This document shows positions 25,094-34,500 of a stretch of DNA of 64,000 bases, piece by piece (within the stretch, counting starts at the first letter, position 1; every line of letters begins with the position of its first letter). The stretch spans positions 1,297,339-1,361,338 of the forward strand of contig NZ_CBDBOM010000003.1 in the NCBI RefSeq assembly GCF_965208355.1. Direction: 5' to 3'. The DNA comes from Candidatus Poriferisocius sp. (lineage in GTDB: Bacteria; Actinomycetota; Acidimicrobiia; Acidimicrobiales; Bin134). A program made the position numbers and the translations under genes. A model generated the notes under the pieces. That model had not been told where the DNA came from and searched no databases. It was given only the letters and a program-made list of their open reading frames with translations.

Positions 25094-25399
25094 ATGGGGA
25101 AGCAACGCATAACTCGGGCCGAGTGCGCCCATGTGGCCGCGTTGGCCCGCCTGGAGCTGACCGATGAGGAGCTGGACCGTTTCACCGGCCAGCTCGACGA
25201 GCTGTTGGACCATGTGGCCGAGGTGGAAGCTCTCAACATCGACAACCTGTCCCCGACAATGCATCCGCTGGCGATATTCAACCGGCTTCGTCCCGATCAG
25301 CCAGGCGAGGTGCTGGACCGCGACGAAGTCATGGCTCAGGCTCCTCATCCCGAGGACGGTCAGTTCCGGGTGCCCCCGGTCTTGGGAGAAGCCCCATGA
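25094..25399 (+). CDS. gatC: Asp/Glu-tRNA amidotransferase subunit C
   Basis: VAALARLELTDEELDRFTGQLDELLDHVAEV is typical of GatC. 4-nt overlap with gatA. Start set at MGKQRI. Confidence 0.85.
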   Translation: MGKQRITRAECAHVAALARLELTDEELDRFTGQLDELLDHVAEVEALNIDNLSPTMHPLAIFNRLRPDQPGEVLDRDEVMAQAPHPEDGQFRVPPVLGEAP

Positions 25400-26811
25400 C
25401 TGCATTGGAAATCGCCGCGGCCGTACGATCGGGCGAGCGGTCGGCCCGATCGGTGGTGGACGAATGCCTAGGCGCTATAGCCGAGGGCGATGATGACATC
25501 CACGCTTTCAACCTGGTGACCGCGGCGCAGGCTCGTGCTTGGGCTGACGAGATCGACGCCGCGGTGGTCGCCGGCCAAGACCCCGGCCCACTGGCCGGGG
25601 TTCCGGTGGCCCTCAAAGACAACCTGTGTACCCGCGGGCTGGCCACCACCTGCTCCTCCCGCATTCTGGAAGGCTGGGCGCCGCCTTATGACGCCACGGT
25701 CGTGGAATCACTGCGAGATGCGGGTGCAGTATTTGTGGGCAAGACCAATATGGACGAGTTCGCCATGGGCAGCTCCACCGAGAACTCGGCTTTCGGCCCC
25801 ACCCGTAACCCGTGCGACCCTAGTCGGGTGCCGGGAGGCTCGTCGGGGGGCAGTGCGGCCGCGGTGGCCGCCGGTTTCGCCCCGGTGGCGCTGGGCAGCG
25901 ACACCGGCGGGTCAATCCGCCAGCCCGCCGGGCTGTGCGGGGTGGTTGGCGTCAAACCTACCTACGGCCTGGTGTCCCGCTACGGCCTGGTGGCCTTCGC
26001 CTCGTCTTTGGACCAAATAGGCCCGTTCACCACCACGGTGGCCGATTCGGCGGCGGTACTGGATGTGATCAGCGGCCCCGATCCTCGGGATTCCACCAGC
26101 ATCGGCGAACTCCAGCCACCGGTATCAGCCTCACTGGACGATGGGGTGGACGGGCTCCGGGTGGGGGTGCTGGCCGAGCTGAGCGGCGACGGCATCTCTC
26201 CCGACGTGTCCGCCCGATTACAGGCCGCGGTTGGCGCCCTGGAATCGGCTGGGGCCCGAGTAGAAGAGGCCAGCGTCCCCGCGGCGGTTTTCGGGCTGTC
26301 GGCCTACTACCTGATCGCCCCCGCTGAAGCGTCCAGCAATCTGGCCCGTTACGACGGGGTCCGCTATGGATTGCGGATGGACGCTTCCAACACGCCTGAC
26401 ATGAACACCGCCAGCCGCTCTGCCGGCTTCGGCGATGAGGTCAAGCGCCGCATCATGATCGGCACCTACGCCCTGTCGGCCGGGTACTACGACGCCTACT
26501 ACGGCAAAGCGCAGAAGGTCCGCACACTGATCATCAACGACTTCGCCTCGGTGTGGGAGCAGTTCGACCTACTGGTGAGCCCCACCTCGCCCACCACCGC
26601 ATTCTCGCTGGGCGAGCGCACCGCCGACCCCATGGCCATGTACATGAGCGACGTATGCACCGTTCCGGTGAACCTCACCGGACAGACCGCCATGTCGGTG
26701 CCCTACGGCGTCGGCGACGACGGCCTGCCGGTGGGCGTGCAGGTCATGGCCCCCGCCTTGGGAGAATCGGTCATGTTCCGGGCCGCTGCGGTTCTGGAAG
26801 CGAGCCTGTGA
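25396..26811 (+). CDS. gatA: Asp/Glu-tRNA amidotransferase subunit A
   Basis: Amidase signature GGSSGGSAAAVAAG, KDN motif (ALKDNLCT). Confidence 0.92.
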   Translation: MTALEIAAAVRSGERSARSVVDECLGAIAEGDDDIHAFNLVTAAQARAWADEIDAAVVAGQDPGPLAGVPVALKDNLCTRGLATTCSSRILEGWAPPYDATVVESLRDAGAVFVGKTNMDEFAMGSSTENSAFGPTRNPCDPSRVPGGSSGGSAAAVAAGFAPVALGSDTGGSIRQPAGLCGVVGVKPTYGLVSRYGLVAFASSLDQIGPFTTTVADSAAVLDVISGPDPRDSTSIGELQPPVSASLDDGVDGLRVGVLAELSGDGISPDVSARLQAAVGALESAGARVEEASVPAAVFGLSAYYLIAPAEASSNLARYDGVRYGLRMDASNTPDMNTASRSAGFGDEVKRRIMIGTYALSAGYYDAYYGKAQKVRTLIINDFASVWEQFDLLVSPTSPTTAFSLGERTADPMAMYMSDVCTVPVNLTGQTAMSVPYGVGDDGLPVGVQVMAPALGESVMFRAAAVLEASL

Positions 26812-28262
26812 TGAGCGCGGACACCCTCGACGTTCCCGGATTGGGAGCCCCGGCCGACACCGAGTGGGAGACGGTGGTGGGGTTAGAGGTCCACGCCGAG
26901 CTGGCCACCGAGACCAAGCTGTTCAGTGCCAGTCCCAACCGGTTCGGCGGCGAACCCAACACCCACATCGACCCGGTGTCTCTTGGATTGCCGGGTTCGC
27001 TGCCCGTCCTCAACGAGAAAGCGGTGGAGCTGGCCATCCGGGTGGGACTGTCCCTCAACTGCCGGGTCCAGCCATCGATTTTCGCCCGCAAGAACTACTT
27101 CTATCCCGACATGCCCAAGGACTTTCAGATCAGCCAGTACGACCAGCCGATCAACGTCGACGGCTGGCTGGAGCTGCCCTCAGGCAAGCGGATCGGAATC
27201 GAGCGGGCCCATCTGGAGGAGGACACCGGCAAGACCGTCCACATCGGCGGGGGAGGGCGTATCCACGAGGCCGGTTACTCGCTAGTTGACTACAACCGGG
27301 CCGGGGTGCCGCTCATTGAGATCGTGGGCCACCCGGAGCTGCGATCGGCTGAGGAAGCCCGCCAATACGTGACGGAATTGCGATCCATCTTGGTAGCGGT
27401 GGGGGCGTCGGACGGCAAGATGGAGGAGGGTTCGCTGCGGGTGGACTGCAATGTGTCAGTGAGGCCGCTTGGCAGCGACCGGCTGGGCACCCGGTGCGAG
27501 ATCAAGAACGTGAACTCGTTGCGCTCGCTGGGCCGGGCCATCGAGTATGAGTCACGCCGTCAGATCGACCAGTTGATCAGCGGCCATCCGATAGAGCAGC
27601 AGACCCGGCATTGGAACGAGGACGACGGGCGCACCCACGCCCTGCGCTCTAAGGAGGAGGACTACGACTACCGCTACTTTCCCGAGCCCGATCTACTGCC
27701 GCTCGACCCCAGCGCCGAGTGGGTGGAGCAGATCCGCCAGGCGCTGCCGGCATTGCCCCGAGACCGCCGGCTGTCATTGGCGGAGGCAGCCCCCACAGTC
27801 GACGCCGACCACATTGCACTGGCCGTCGAGCGCTCGATGGACGAGCTGGCGCTGGCCGCCATCAGCAGGGGAGGTCCATCCGATCGGGTGATGACCCATG
27901 TGGTCCAAAACCTGGCCGACGGAGTTGGAATGCTCTCCCCGGAATCCCTAGCCGGCTTGGTGGCCATGGAGGCGGCGGGCGAGCTGACCGCAACCCAAGC
28001 CAAAAAGGTGCTGGCTGTGCTGGTGGAGAGCGGGGGATCGCCCCAAGAAGCGGCCCAGTCACTGGGGTTTGAGGCCATGGACTCCGGCGAGCTGGAGACC
28101 CTGGTGGATGGGCTCATCAGCGAGCACCCCGACGAGTGGTCCCGCTTCTGCGACGGCGACAACAAGCTCACCGGGTTCTTCGTCGGCCAAGTCATGAAGG
28201 CCACCCAAGGCCGGGCCGACGGAAACGCAGTCACCCAGCTCCTCAACGCCCGCCGCGGCTAG
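26811..28262 (+). CDS. gatB: Asp/Glu-tRNA amidotransferase subunit B
   Basis: VVGLEVHAELATETKLFS start region and GatB/YqeY C-terminal tail. ATG at 26811 overlaps the gatA TGA (ATGA). The track ORF start at 26553 is a spurious extension. Confidence 0.9.
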   Translation: MSADTLDVPGLGAPADTEWETVVGLEVHAELATETKLFSASPNRFGGEPNTHIDPVSLGLPGSLPVLNEKAVELAIRVGLSLNCRVQPSIFARKNYFYPDMPKDFQISQYDQPINVDGWLELPSGKRIGIERAHLEEDTGKTVHIGGGGRIHEAGYSLVDYNRAGVPLIEIVGHPELRSAEEARQYVTELRSILVAVGASDGKMEEGSLRVDCNVSVRPLGSDRLGTRCEIKNVNSLRSLGRAIEYESRRQIDQLISGHPIEQQTRHWNEDDGRTHALRSKEEDYDYRYFPEPDLLPLDPSAEWVEQIRQALPALPRDRRLSLAEAAPTVDADHIALAVERSMDELALAAISRGGPSDRVMTHVVQNLADGVGMLSPESLAGLVAMEAAGELTATQAKKVLAVLVESGGSPQEAAQSLGFEAMDSGELETLVDGLISEHPDEWSRFCDGDNKLTGFFVGQVMKATQGRADGNAVTQLLNARRG

Positions 28263-28299
28263 CAGTCTGGAGAATGCCCTTCGGAGGAAAGCAGATAGG

Positions 28300-29553
28300 G
28301 TGCGGGACGATATGACGCTCTTGGAACAGTCGGCCCGTTTGATCGACGAGTCGGTCTACGAGGGACCGCGGTCGGTCCAGCCCATGGACGGCTCATTCCA
28401 TGAGATCACCGATGGCATTGCCGTGGTGTGCGCCTTCTCCCACGTCTGGTCGCTGGCCACCGACGAGGGGCTAGTGGCAATCGACACGTCGCTGCCGATG
28501 TTCGCTCCCGGCGTGCTGAGGCACCTTCATAAGTGGAGGAGCCAGCCGGTTCACACCATCGTCTACACCCACGGCCACGCCGACCACGTCGGCGGCGCCC
28601 CGGCCTTTGTGGAAGATGCCAAGGAGCGAGGAGGTCCGGCCCCCCAGGTGGTCGCCCATGAGGCAGTGGGACCCCGTTTCGACCGATACAACCTCACCCA
28701 CGGCTACAACCAAACGATCAACCGCCGCCAGTTCAGCGCCAACGACATGTTGGACCTGTTCGCCGACGACTGGGTGTACCCGAGCACCACCTATGCCGAT
28801 GCCCTCGATCTGGAGGTGGGCGGGGTGTCTCTCCAGCTCATCCACGCCCAAGGAGAAACCGACGACCACACCATGGTATGGATGCCCCAAGAACGGGCGC
28901 TGTTTGTGGGTGACCTGTTCATCTGGTTCTTCCCCAACGCGGGCAACCCCCAGAAAGTGCAGCGCTACCCCTCCGAGTGGGCCGCCGCCTTGCGGCGAAT
29001 GATCGAGTTGCGCCCGAAGTTCCTGCTTCCGGCCCATGGTCTGCCCATTGCCGGAGAGGAACGCATTGCCATGGTGCTAAACGATGTGGCCACTGCGTTG
29101 GAAGGACTGGTGGCCGACACGCTGGAGATGATGAACGCCGGAGCGCGCCTCGACGACATCATCCATCAGGTGCGGGTTCCCGACGACCTGATGGCCAAGC
29201 CCTACCTACGAGCCGCCTACGACGAACCCGAGTTCGTGGTTCGCAATATCTGGCGGCTCTACGGAGGCTGGTACGACGGCAACCCTGCTCGCCTCAAGCC
29301 CGCCCCCGACCAGGCGCTGGCCGCTGAGGTGGCCCTGTTGGCCGGAGGCGCGGCGGCTGTGGCTGCCAGGGCTAGCGAACTGGGCAAGGCCGGCAATCTA
29401 CGGCTGGCCTGCCACCTCGCCGAGTGGGCTGCCCAAGCCGCCCCTGATGATCCCGATGTTCTCGAGGTGCGAGCCGACATTTACCGCCAACGGCGAGACC
29501 AAGAGCAGTCGCTTATGTCCCGCGGCATCTACAACGACGCCAGCCAATCATGA
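28300..29553 (+). CDS. MBL-fold hydrolase, alkyl-sulfatase-like (MBL plus dimerisation domain, no SCP2 tail)
   Basis: THGHADHVGG metal motif and DDHTMVW. The C-terminal helical region (RNIWRLYGGWYDGNPARL) is typical of the SdsA1-type family. Confidence 0.65.
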   Translation: MRDDMTLLEQSARLIDESVYEGPRSVQPMDGSFHEITDGIAVVCAFSHVWSLATDEGLVAIDTSLPMFAPGVLRHLHKWRSQPVHTIVYTHGHADHVGGAPAFVEDAKERGGPAPQVVAHEAVGPRFDRYNLTHGYNQTINRRQFSANDMLDLFADDWVYPSTTYADALDLEVGGVSLQLIHAQGETDDHTMVWMPQERALFVGDLFIWFFPNAGNPQKVQRYPSEWAAALRRMIELRPKFLLPAHGLPIAGEERIAMVLNDVATALEGLVADTLEMMNAGARLDDIIHQVRVPDDLMAKPYLRAAYDEPEFVVRNIWRLYGGWYDGNPARLKPAPDQALAAEVALLAGGAAAVAARASELGKAGNLRLACHLAEWAAQAAPDDPDVLEVRADIYRQRRDQEQSLMSRGIYNDASQS

Positions 29554-30707
29554 ACATCGACACTGAAGCGGTGGATCTGGCCCTGACCACGACCAGGGCG
29601 GTGCGGAAACGGCTGGATCTGGAGCGGCCGGTGGACGACCAGGTCATCCTCGACTGCATCGACATCGCCGAGCAGGCCCCCACCGGCGGGAACCAGACCA
29701 GTCGCCGGTGGATTGTGGTTCGCGATCCCGAGATCAAGCAGGAGCTGGCCCGGCTTTATCGCGAAGTGGTGGGCGGCTTCATGCTCGAGGCTCGCGACCG
29801 CTTGGAGGGCACCGACCACCCTCGGGCTCGGACGGCGAGCTCGTCTGCCTACCTGGTGGAACACCTGGCAGAGGTGCCGGTGATCGTCATACCCACCATC
29901 GTGGGCCGCCACGACGGCAGCGGCGCACCCGGCCTTTTCGACTCGGTCATTCAGAGCGGGTGGAGCTTCTGCGTGGCCCTGCGGGCCCGGGGATTGGGCA
30001 CCGCTTGGACCACGGCCGTCCTGGCCAAAGCCCCCGAAATGAAGGAGCTGCTTGGCATCCCCGACGAGATCACCGAGATCGCCATGTTCCCGGTGGCCTG
30101 GACCAAGGGCACCGACTTCCGACCCGCTCGCCGGATTCCGGCCCGGGATATCACCTTCTTCGACGGTTACGGCCGGATCTACGAGTCAGGTCCGGGAACA
30201 TCGGTGACGATGGCCGACGGTCCCGGCATGGTGGTGGAGACCGACATCGCGGCCGAGGTGCACGACGTGTGGGCCGCGGTCACCGACATCGACCTGCCGG
30301 CTCAGTTCTCCGTCGAGTTCACCGGGGCAACCTGGGACGAGGGTTTCGACGGCCCGGCCCTGGGAGCGACCTTCACTGGCCGCAACCACCTCGAAGTGAT
30401 GGGCGACTGGGAAGTACCTTGTTTCGTGGATGTATGCGAAGCACCGGTGGCCTTCGGCTGGTGTACATCCGACCCCGACAACCCCGGGGCCCGATGGCGC
30501 TTCGAGATCCAACCGCTAATGGGAGGCGGCACCCGGCTGCTGTACCGACTGCTGCTCGGCCCCGGCCCTTCGGGCCTCAACATGTTCATCGAACAAAACC
30601 CCGACAAAGAGCACCGGATCATCGCCAACCGCCTCCGAGTCCACCGGGCCAACATGCAGCGGGTGGTAGACGGCATCAAAGCCCACGTCGAAACGGCCGC
30701 CGGCTAG
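29550..30707 (+). CDS. Nitroreductase-family domain fused to a C-terminal SRPBCC/START-like domain
   Basis: N-terminal TTRAVRKRL...APTGGNQ..RWIVV nitroreductase pattern. The C-terminal ~150 aa (VETDIAAEVHDVWAAVTDIDL...WRFEIQP..GGTRL) looks like a polyketide-cyclase/SRPBCC fold. ATGA overlap with the upstream gene. Confidence 0.6.
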   Translation: MNIDTEAVDLALTTTRAVRKRLDLERPVDDQVILDCIDIAEQAPTGGNQTSRRWIVVRDPEIKQELARLYREVVGGFMLEARDRLEGTDHPRARTASSSAYLVEHLAEVPVIVIPTIVGRHDGSGAPGLFDSVIQSGWSFCVALRARGLGTAWTTAVLAKAPEMKELLGIPDEITEIAMFPVAWTKGTDFRPARRIPARDITFFDGYGRIYESGPGTSVTMADGPGMVVETDIAAEVHDVWAAVTDIDLPAQFSVEFTGATWDEGFDGPALGATFTGRNHLEVMGDWEVPCFVDVCEAPVAFGWCTSDPDNPGARWRFEIQPLMGGGTRLLYRLLLGPGPSGLNMFIEQNPDKEHRIIANRLRVHRANMQRVVDGIKAHVETAAG

Positions 30708-30718
30708 TTCAAAACAGC

Positions 30719-32056
30719 TCAGCGGACAGCGCCGGGGACCAGCCAGCGGGAGCCGGCGAAGCGCCAGAGCAGGGTGACCAGGCGGGCGCCCATGAGGGCC
30801 CACATGGCCCCCCACAGCCAGCCGATGCCCGCGTCGGCGGCCATCACCCACAGAGCCAAGGGGATGAACACCGCCGCCGCGCCAGCCATGGCCACGGCCA
30901 GGAATCGCATGTCGCCGGCGCCGATCAGCACGCCGTCGAGTGCGAACACCACCCCGTTCACTGGCTGGATGAACGCCAAATGCAGCATCAGGAATCCGAC
31001 CAGGGACAGCACCGCCTCATCGCTGGAGAACACCAGCGGGAGCCATGGCCTGGAGATCAGAAGCAAGATGGTGGCGGCCAACCCGGTCGCCAACCCCCAC
31101 TCGATCATGCGGCGGCCGGCGGCTCGGGCCTGGGGCAACTCGTTGGCCCCCAGATAGCGGCCGATCATGGCCTGCCCGGCGATGGCCACCGCGTCCAGAA
31201 CCAAGGCCAAGAAGAACATGAGCTGGTAGATCACCTCATGGGCGGCCAGTTCGATATCGCCCAACCGGGCGGCCACGGCCACCGACATGGTGAACGAGGC
31301 CCGCAGAGCCGCGGTCCGCAGGAACAGATCCAAACCGACGACGGCGAGGCGGGCGATCATCGAGCGGTCAGGAGCCATGGTCACCCCATGGGCGGTCACG
31401 GCCTCCCGGATCCACCACACGTAGGCCCCGGCGGCGAGCCATTGGGCGACGACGGTGGACAGGGCTGAGGCGCCGATGCCGAAGCCAAGTCCATAGATCA
31501 GCACCAACTCCAGCGCGAGGTTCAGCCCGGCGGTGAATACCGCCACCTTGAGCGGGCGCAGGGTATCTTGCAGCCCTCTCAGGTAGCCCACTCCGGCCAG
31601 GGTGATGAGCATTCCAGGCAGGCCGAAAAGGCTGATACGCAGGTAGATCCGGCCTTGGGCCAGCACCTCGCCGTCTGCTCCGAGGACTTTCAGCAGGGGA
31701 TCGGCGAACACAAAGGCCGCGGCGGCCAATGCCGTCCCCACCGCAGCGGCCAGCCACAGGCCCTGCACCGCCTGCTGGGCGGCCCGGTAGTGGTCTCCCG
31801 CGCCGATCAGCCGCCCCACCGCGGCAGTGGTTCCGTAGGCCAAGAAAATGAACAGCGACAGTGCCCCCAACAGCACCTGCGAGGCCACCGCCAGCCCGCC
31901 CAAATGAGGAGTGCCCAGGTGCCCTACCACTGCAGTGTCGGCCAGGGTGTAGAGCGGCTCGGCGATCAGCGCGCCCAGAGCGGGAATCGCCAACTGGGCG
32001 ATCTCCCGGTCATAGGGCGACTTTCGCAAACCCATTTGCCCTCTAATCTGCGCCAT
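30719..32056 (-). CDS. MATE-family efflux transporter
   Basis: 445 aa, 12 predicted TM helices, N-terminal REIAQLAIPALGALIAEPLYTLADTAVVGHLG is typical of MATE/DinF. Confidence 0.8.
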   Translation of the reverse strand: MAQIRGQMGLRKSPYDREIAQLAIPALGALIAEPLYTLADTAVVGHLGTPHLGGLAVASQVLLGALSLFIFLAYGTTAAVGRLIGAGDHYRAAQQAVQGLWLAAAVGTALAAAAFVFADPLLKVLGADGEVLAQGRIYLRISLFGLPGMLITLAGVGYLRGLQDTLRPLKVAVFTAGLNLALELVLIYGLGFGIGASALSTVVAQWLAAGAYVWWIREAVTAHGVTMAPDRSMIARLAVVGLDLFLRTAALRASFTMSVAVAARLGDIELAAHEVIYQLMFFLALVLDAVAIAGQAMIGRYLGANELPQARAAGRRMIEWGLATGLAATILLLISRPWLPLVFSSDEAVLSLVGFLMLHLAFIQPVNGVVFALDGVLIGAGDMRFLAVAMAGAAAVFIPLALWVMAADAGIGWLWGAMWALMGARLVTLLWRFAGSRWLVPGAVR

Positions 32057-32077
32057 CCCACTAGGTAGCCTGTCGCT

Positions 32078-33754
32078 ATGAGCGACATGAAGCCACGTTC
32101 ACATGAGGTCACTTCCGGGGCTGAGCGGGCCCCGGCGAGGGCCATGCTGCGGGCGGTGGGCATGACCGACGACGACTGGGACAAGCCCCAGGTGGGGGTG
32201 GCGTCGTCGTGGAACGAGGTGACCCCTTGCAATCTGCCGCTGGACCGCCTGGCCAAGCGGGCCAAGCAGGGCGTGCGCGACGCCGGCGGATTCCCCATCG
32301 AGTTCAACACCATTGCGGTGTCCGACGGCATCTCCATGGGCCACGAGGGGATGCGGGCCTCGTTGGTGAGCCGGGAGATCATTACCGACTCGGTGGAGGC
32401 AGTTATGCACGCCGAGCGCCTGGACGCCTTCGTCAGCTTCGCGGGTTGCGACAAGTCGCTTCCTGGCATGCTTATGGCTGCCGCCCGGCTCAACCTGCCG
32501 TCGGTGTTCGTCTATGGCGGGTCCATCCTCCCCGGACAGCACAACGGCAAGGTGCTCGATATCGTGAGCGTGTTCGAGGCGGTGGGCGCTCACGCGGTGG
32601 GCGACATCGACGATGAGGAGCTCGACGCCATCGAGCGCAATGCGTGCCCCACCGAGGGCTCCTGCGCGGGGATGTTCACGGCCAACACCATGGCGTCGAT
32701 CGGGGAGGCGCTGGGCATGTCCCTGCCGGGTAGCGCTTCGGCCGCCGCCGTCGACCGCCGTCGCGACGACTACAGCTACGCCAGCGGCACCGCGGTAATC
32801 GGACTCCTGCGGGAGAACATCCGTCCCCGCACAATCATGTCCAAGGGAGCGTTCGAGAACGCCATCGCGGTGACCATGGCCTTGGGCGGATCGACCAACG
32901 CGGTACTACACCTGCTGGCCATCGCCTGGGAGGCCGGTGTGGAGCTGGAGCTCGACGACTTCAACAGGGTGGCGGCCCGGGTTCCCCATTTGGCCGACAC
33001 CAAGCCCCATGGGCAGTACCACATGGCCGACATCGACCGCATCGGCGGGGTCCCCGTGGTGATGAAGATGCTGCTGGAAGAGGGCCTGCTGCACGGCGAT
33101 GAGATCACCGTCACGGGCAAGACCATGGCCGAGAACCTTGCCCTGCTGGACCCGCCCGGACCGGACGGAGATGTGATTCATGGTCTGGACGACCCGCTTC
33201 ACGACGTGGGAGGAATTGCAGTGCTAACCGGGTCGCTGGCCCCCAACGGAGCAGTGCTGAAGGTGGCCGGCATCGACTTCGACCATTTCGAGGGCCGGGC
33301 CCGAGTGTTCGATGGGGAGGACACGGCCATGGACGCGGTGCTGAACGGGCGTATCGAGGCTGGCGACATCGTGGTGATCCGCTACGAAGGCCCCAAGGGC
33401 GGTCCCGGCATGAGGGAGATGCTGGCCATTACCGGCGCTATGAAGGGCGCGGGCCGCGGCGGAGACGCTGCTCTGGTTACCGACGGCCGATTCTCGGGAG
33501 GCACCCACGGGTTCTGCGTGGGCCACGTGGCCCCTGAGGCCACCGAAGGCGGGCCAATTGCCCTGGTGGCCGAGGGCGACCGGATTCGAATAGACGTTCG
33601 GGACCATTCCATCGACCTGCTGGTAGACGAGGCCACCCTGGCCGAGCGCCAGGCCAACTGGAAGCCGCCTGAACCCCGCTACACCAAAGGCGTGCTGGCC
33701 AAATACGCCCGCCTGGCCCAGGGAGCCGAGAAGGGTGCCATCACCGAGGCTTAG
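32078..33754 (+). CDS. ilvD: Dihydroxy-acid dehydratase
   Basis: [35 protein letters not shown] motifs. Confidence 0.93.
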   Translation: MSDMKPRSHEVTSGAERAPARAMLRAVGMTDDDWDKPQVGVASSWNEVTPCNLPLDRLAKRAKQGVRDAGGFPIEFNTIAVSDGISMGHEGMRASLVSREIITDSVEAVMHAERLDAFVSFAGCDKSLPGMLMAAARLNLPSVFVYGGSILPGQHNGKVLDIVSVFEAVGAHAVGDIDDEELDAIERNACPTEGSCAGMFTANTMASIGEALGMSLPGSASAAAVDRRRDDYSYASGTAVIGLLRENIRPRTIMSKGAFENAIAVTMALGGSTNAVLHLLAIAWEAGVELELDDFNRVAARVPHLADTKPHGQYHMADIDRIGGVPVVMKMLLEEGLLHGDEITVTGKTMAENLALLDPPGPDGDVIHGLDDPLHDVGGIAVLTGSLAPNGAVLKVAGIDFDHFEGRARVFDGEDTAMDAVLNGRIEAGDIVVIRYEGPKGGPGMREMLAITGAMKGAGRGGDAALVTDGRFSGGTHGFCVGHVAPEATEGGPIALVAEGDRIRIDVRDHSIDLLVDEATLAERQANWKPPEPRYTKGVLAKYARLAQGAEKGAITEA

Positions 33755-34323
33755 TCCATTCTGTTCCTGTCGTAGAGATCGGGGTCAGACCAGGCCCCGG
33801 TGGCCTCGTCGAAGGCCCGGGCCTCAGGGGTCATCCACTCCAACCGACCTTGGCGGGCGCCGCTGGATGACACTTCGACCATCTCTGGGGCGATGTCCAA
33901 CTCCGCGCCGCTTGGCACCGCGAACGGGGGCCGAGGAGCGACGGCCAGTTCCAACCCAAGCAGGGACTCCACTGCCCGGTCGCGGGCCTCGACCGAGTTC
34001 CCGTAGAACGCCGGGTCTTGCACTTGGGCCCACTTGTCGGCGCCCATCACCACCACGTGGTATCCCTGGGCGATGTCGACGAGGAGCTGCTGGTCGGTGA
34101 CGACGACCTCCACGCTGTCGATGTCAGCCACCGAAGCCTCCAGCACTGCAATGCGGTCCTCGAATGAGGGGACCACCGCCGGCTCCTTGCCCAGCGCCAC
34201 CTGCGACACCGCCAAGTCCACCCGCTCAAGTCCTCGTTGCCGCGCCGCCGCCTGGGCGATGGCCAGGTGGCCGATGGTGGGCGGATTGAACGAACCGGGA
34301 TACACCCCAAACCGTCTTGTCAC
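33751..34323 (-). CDS. Cytidylyltransferase-family nucleotidyltransferase (NadD-like)
   Basis: [18 protein letters not shown] (H/T-x-G-H motif) and a C-terminal SSSGAR (ISST-like) motif. Confidence 0.55.
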   Translation of the reverse strand: MTRRFGVYPGSFNPPTIGHLAIAQAAARQRGLERVDLAVSQVALGKEPAVVPSFEDRIAVLEASVADIDSVEVVVTDQQLLVDIAQGYHVVVMGADKWAQVQDPAFYGNSVEARDRAVESLLGLELAVAPRPPFAVPSGAELDIAPEMVEVSSSGARQGRLEWMTPEARAFDEATGAWSDPDLYDRNRMD

Positions 34324-34357
34324 AAGCAGTCCCTAGCGTTCATACTGGTGGCATCCT

Positions 34358-34405
34358 ATGAAGCGCCATCCCCACACCGGAGCGATTCTCGTAGTACGCC
34401 TTTAG
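34358..34405 (+). CDS. Candidate ilvBNC leader peptide MKRHPHTGAILVVRL
   Basis: ATG at 34358 with GGTGG 7 nt upstream. 15 codons including consecutive Ile-Leu-Val-Val (34385-34396). TAG at 34403-34405 lies at the foot of a GC-rich hairpin. Confidence 0.5.
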   Translation: MKRHPHTGAILVVRL

Positions 34406-34440
34406 CGCGCGGTCCCGGCTCGGCCCGGGGACCGGGCGCT
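34404..34440 (+). promoter_or_regulatory. GC-rich leader hairpin overlapping the leader-peptide stop codon
   Basis: AGCGC/GCGCT outer pairs and GGTCCC/GGGACC inner pairs around loop CTCGGC. Confidence 0.45.
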
Positions 34441-34443
34441 ACC

Positions 34444-34473
34444 GACCTCCCACACCGGGAGGTCTTTCCATTT
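34444..34473 (+). terminator. Candidate attenuator (intrinsic terminator) upstream of ilvB
   Basis: Perfect 8-bp stem GACCTCCC/GGGAGGTC, 5-nt loop ACACC, followed by TTTCCATTT. It lies 28 nt before the ilvB ATG. Confidence 0.5.
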
Positions 34474-34500
34474 GGGAGAAGCCCGAAAGGTTGATCCAAC

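Noticed and set aside
29708-31468. 586-aa plus-strand ORF spanning two genes
   Set aside because: Out of frame with the nitroreductase-SRPBCC gene and antisense to the MATE transporter. The translation is Arg/Gly/Pro/His-rich.
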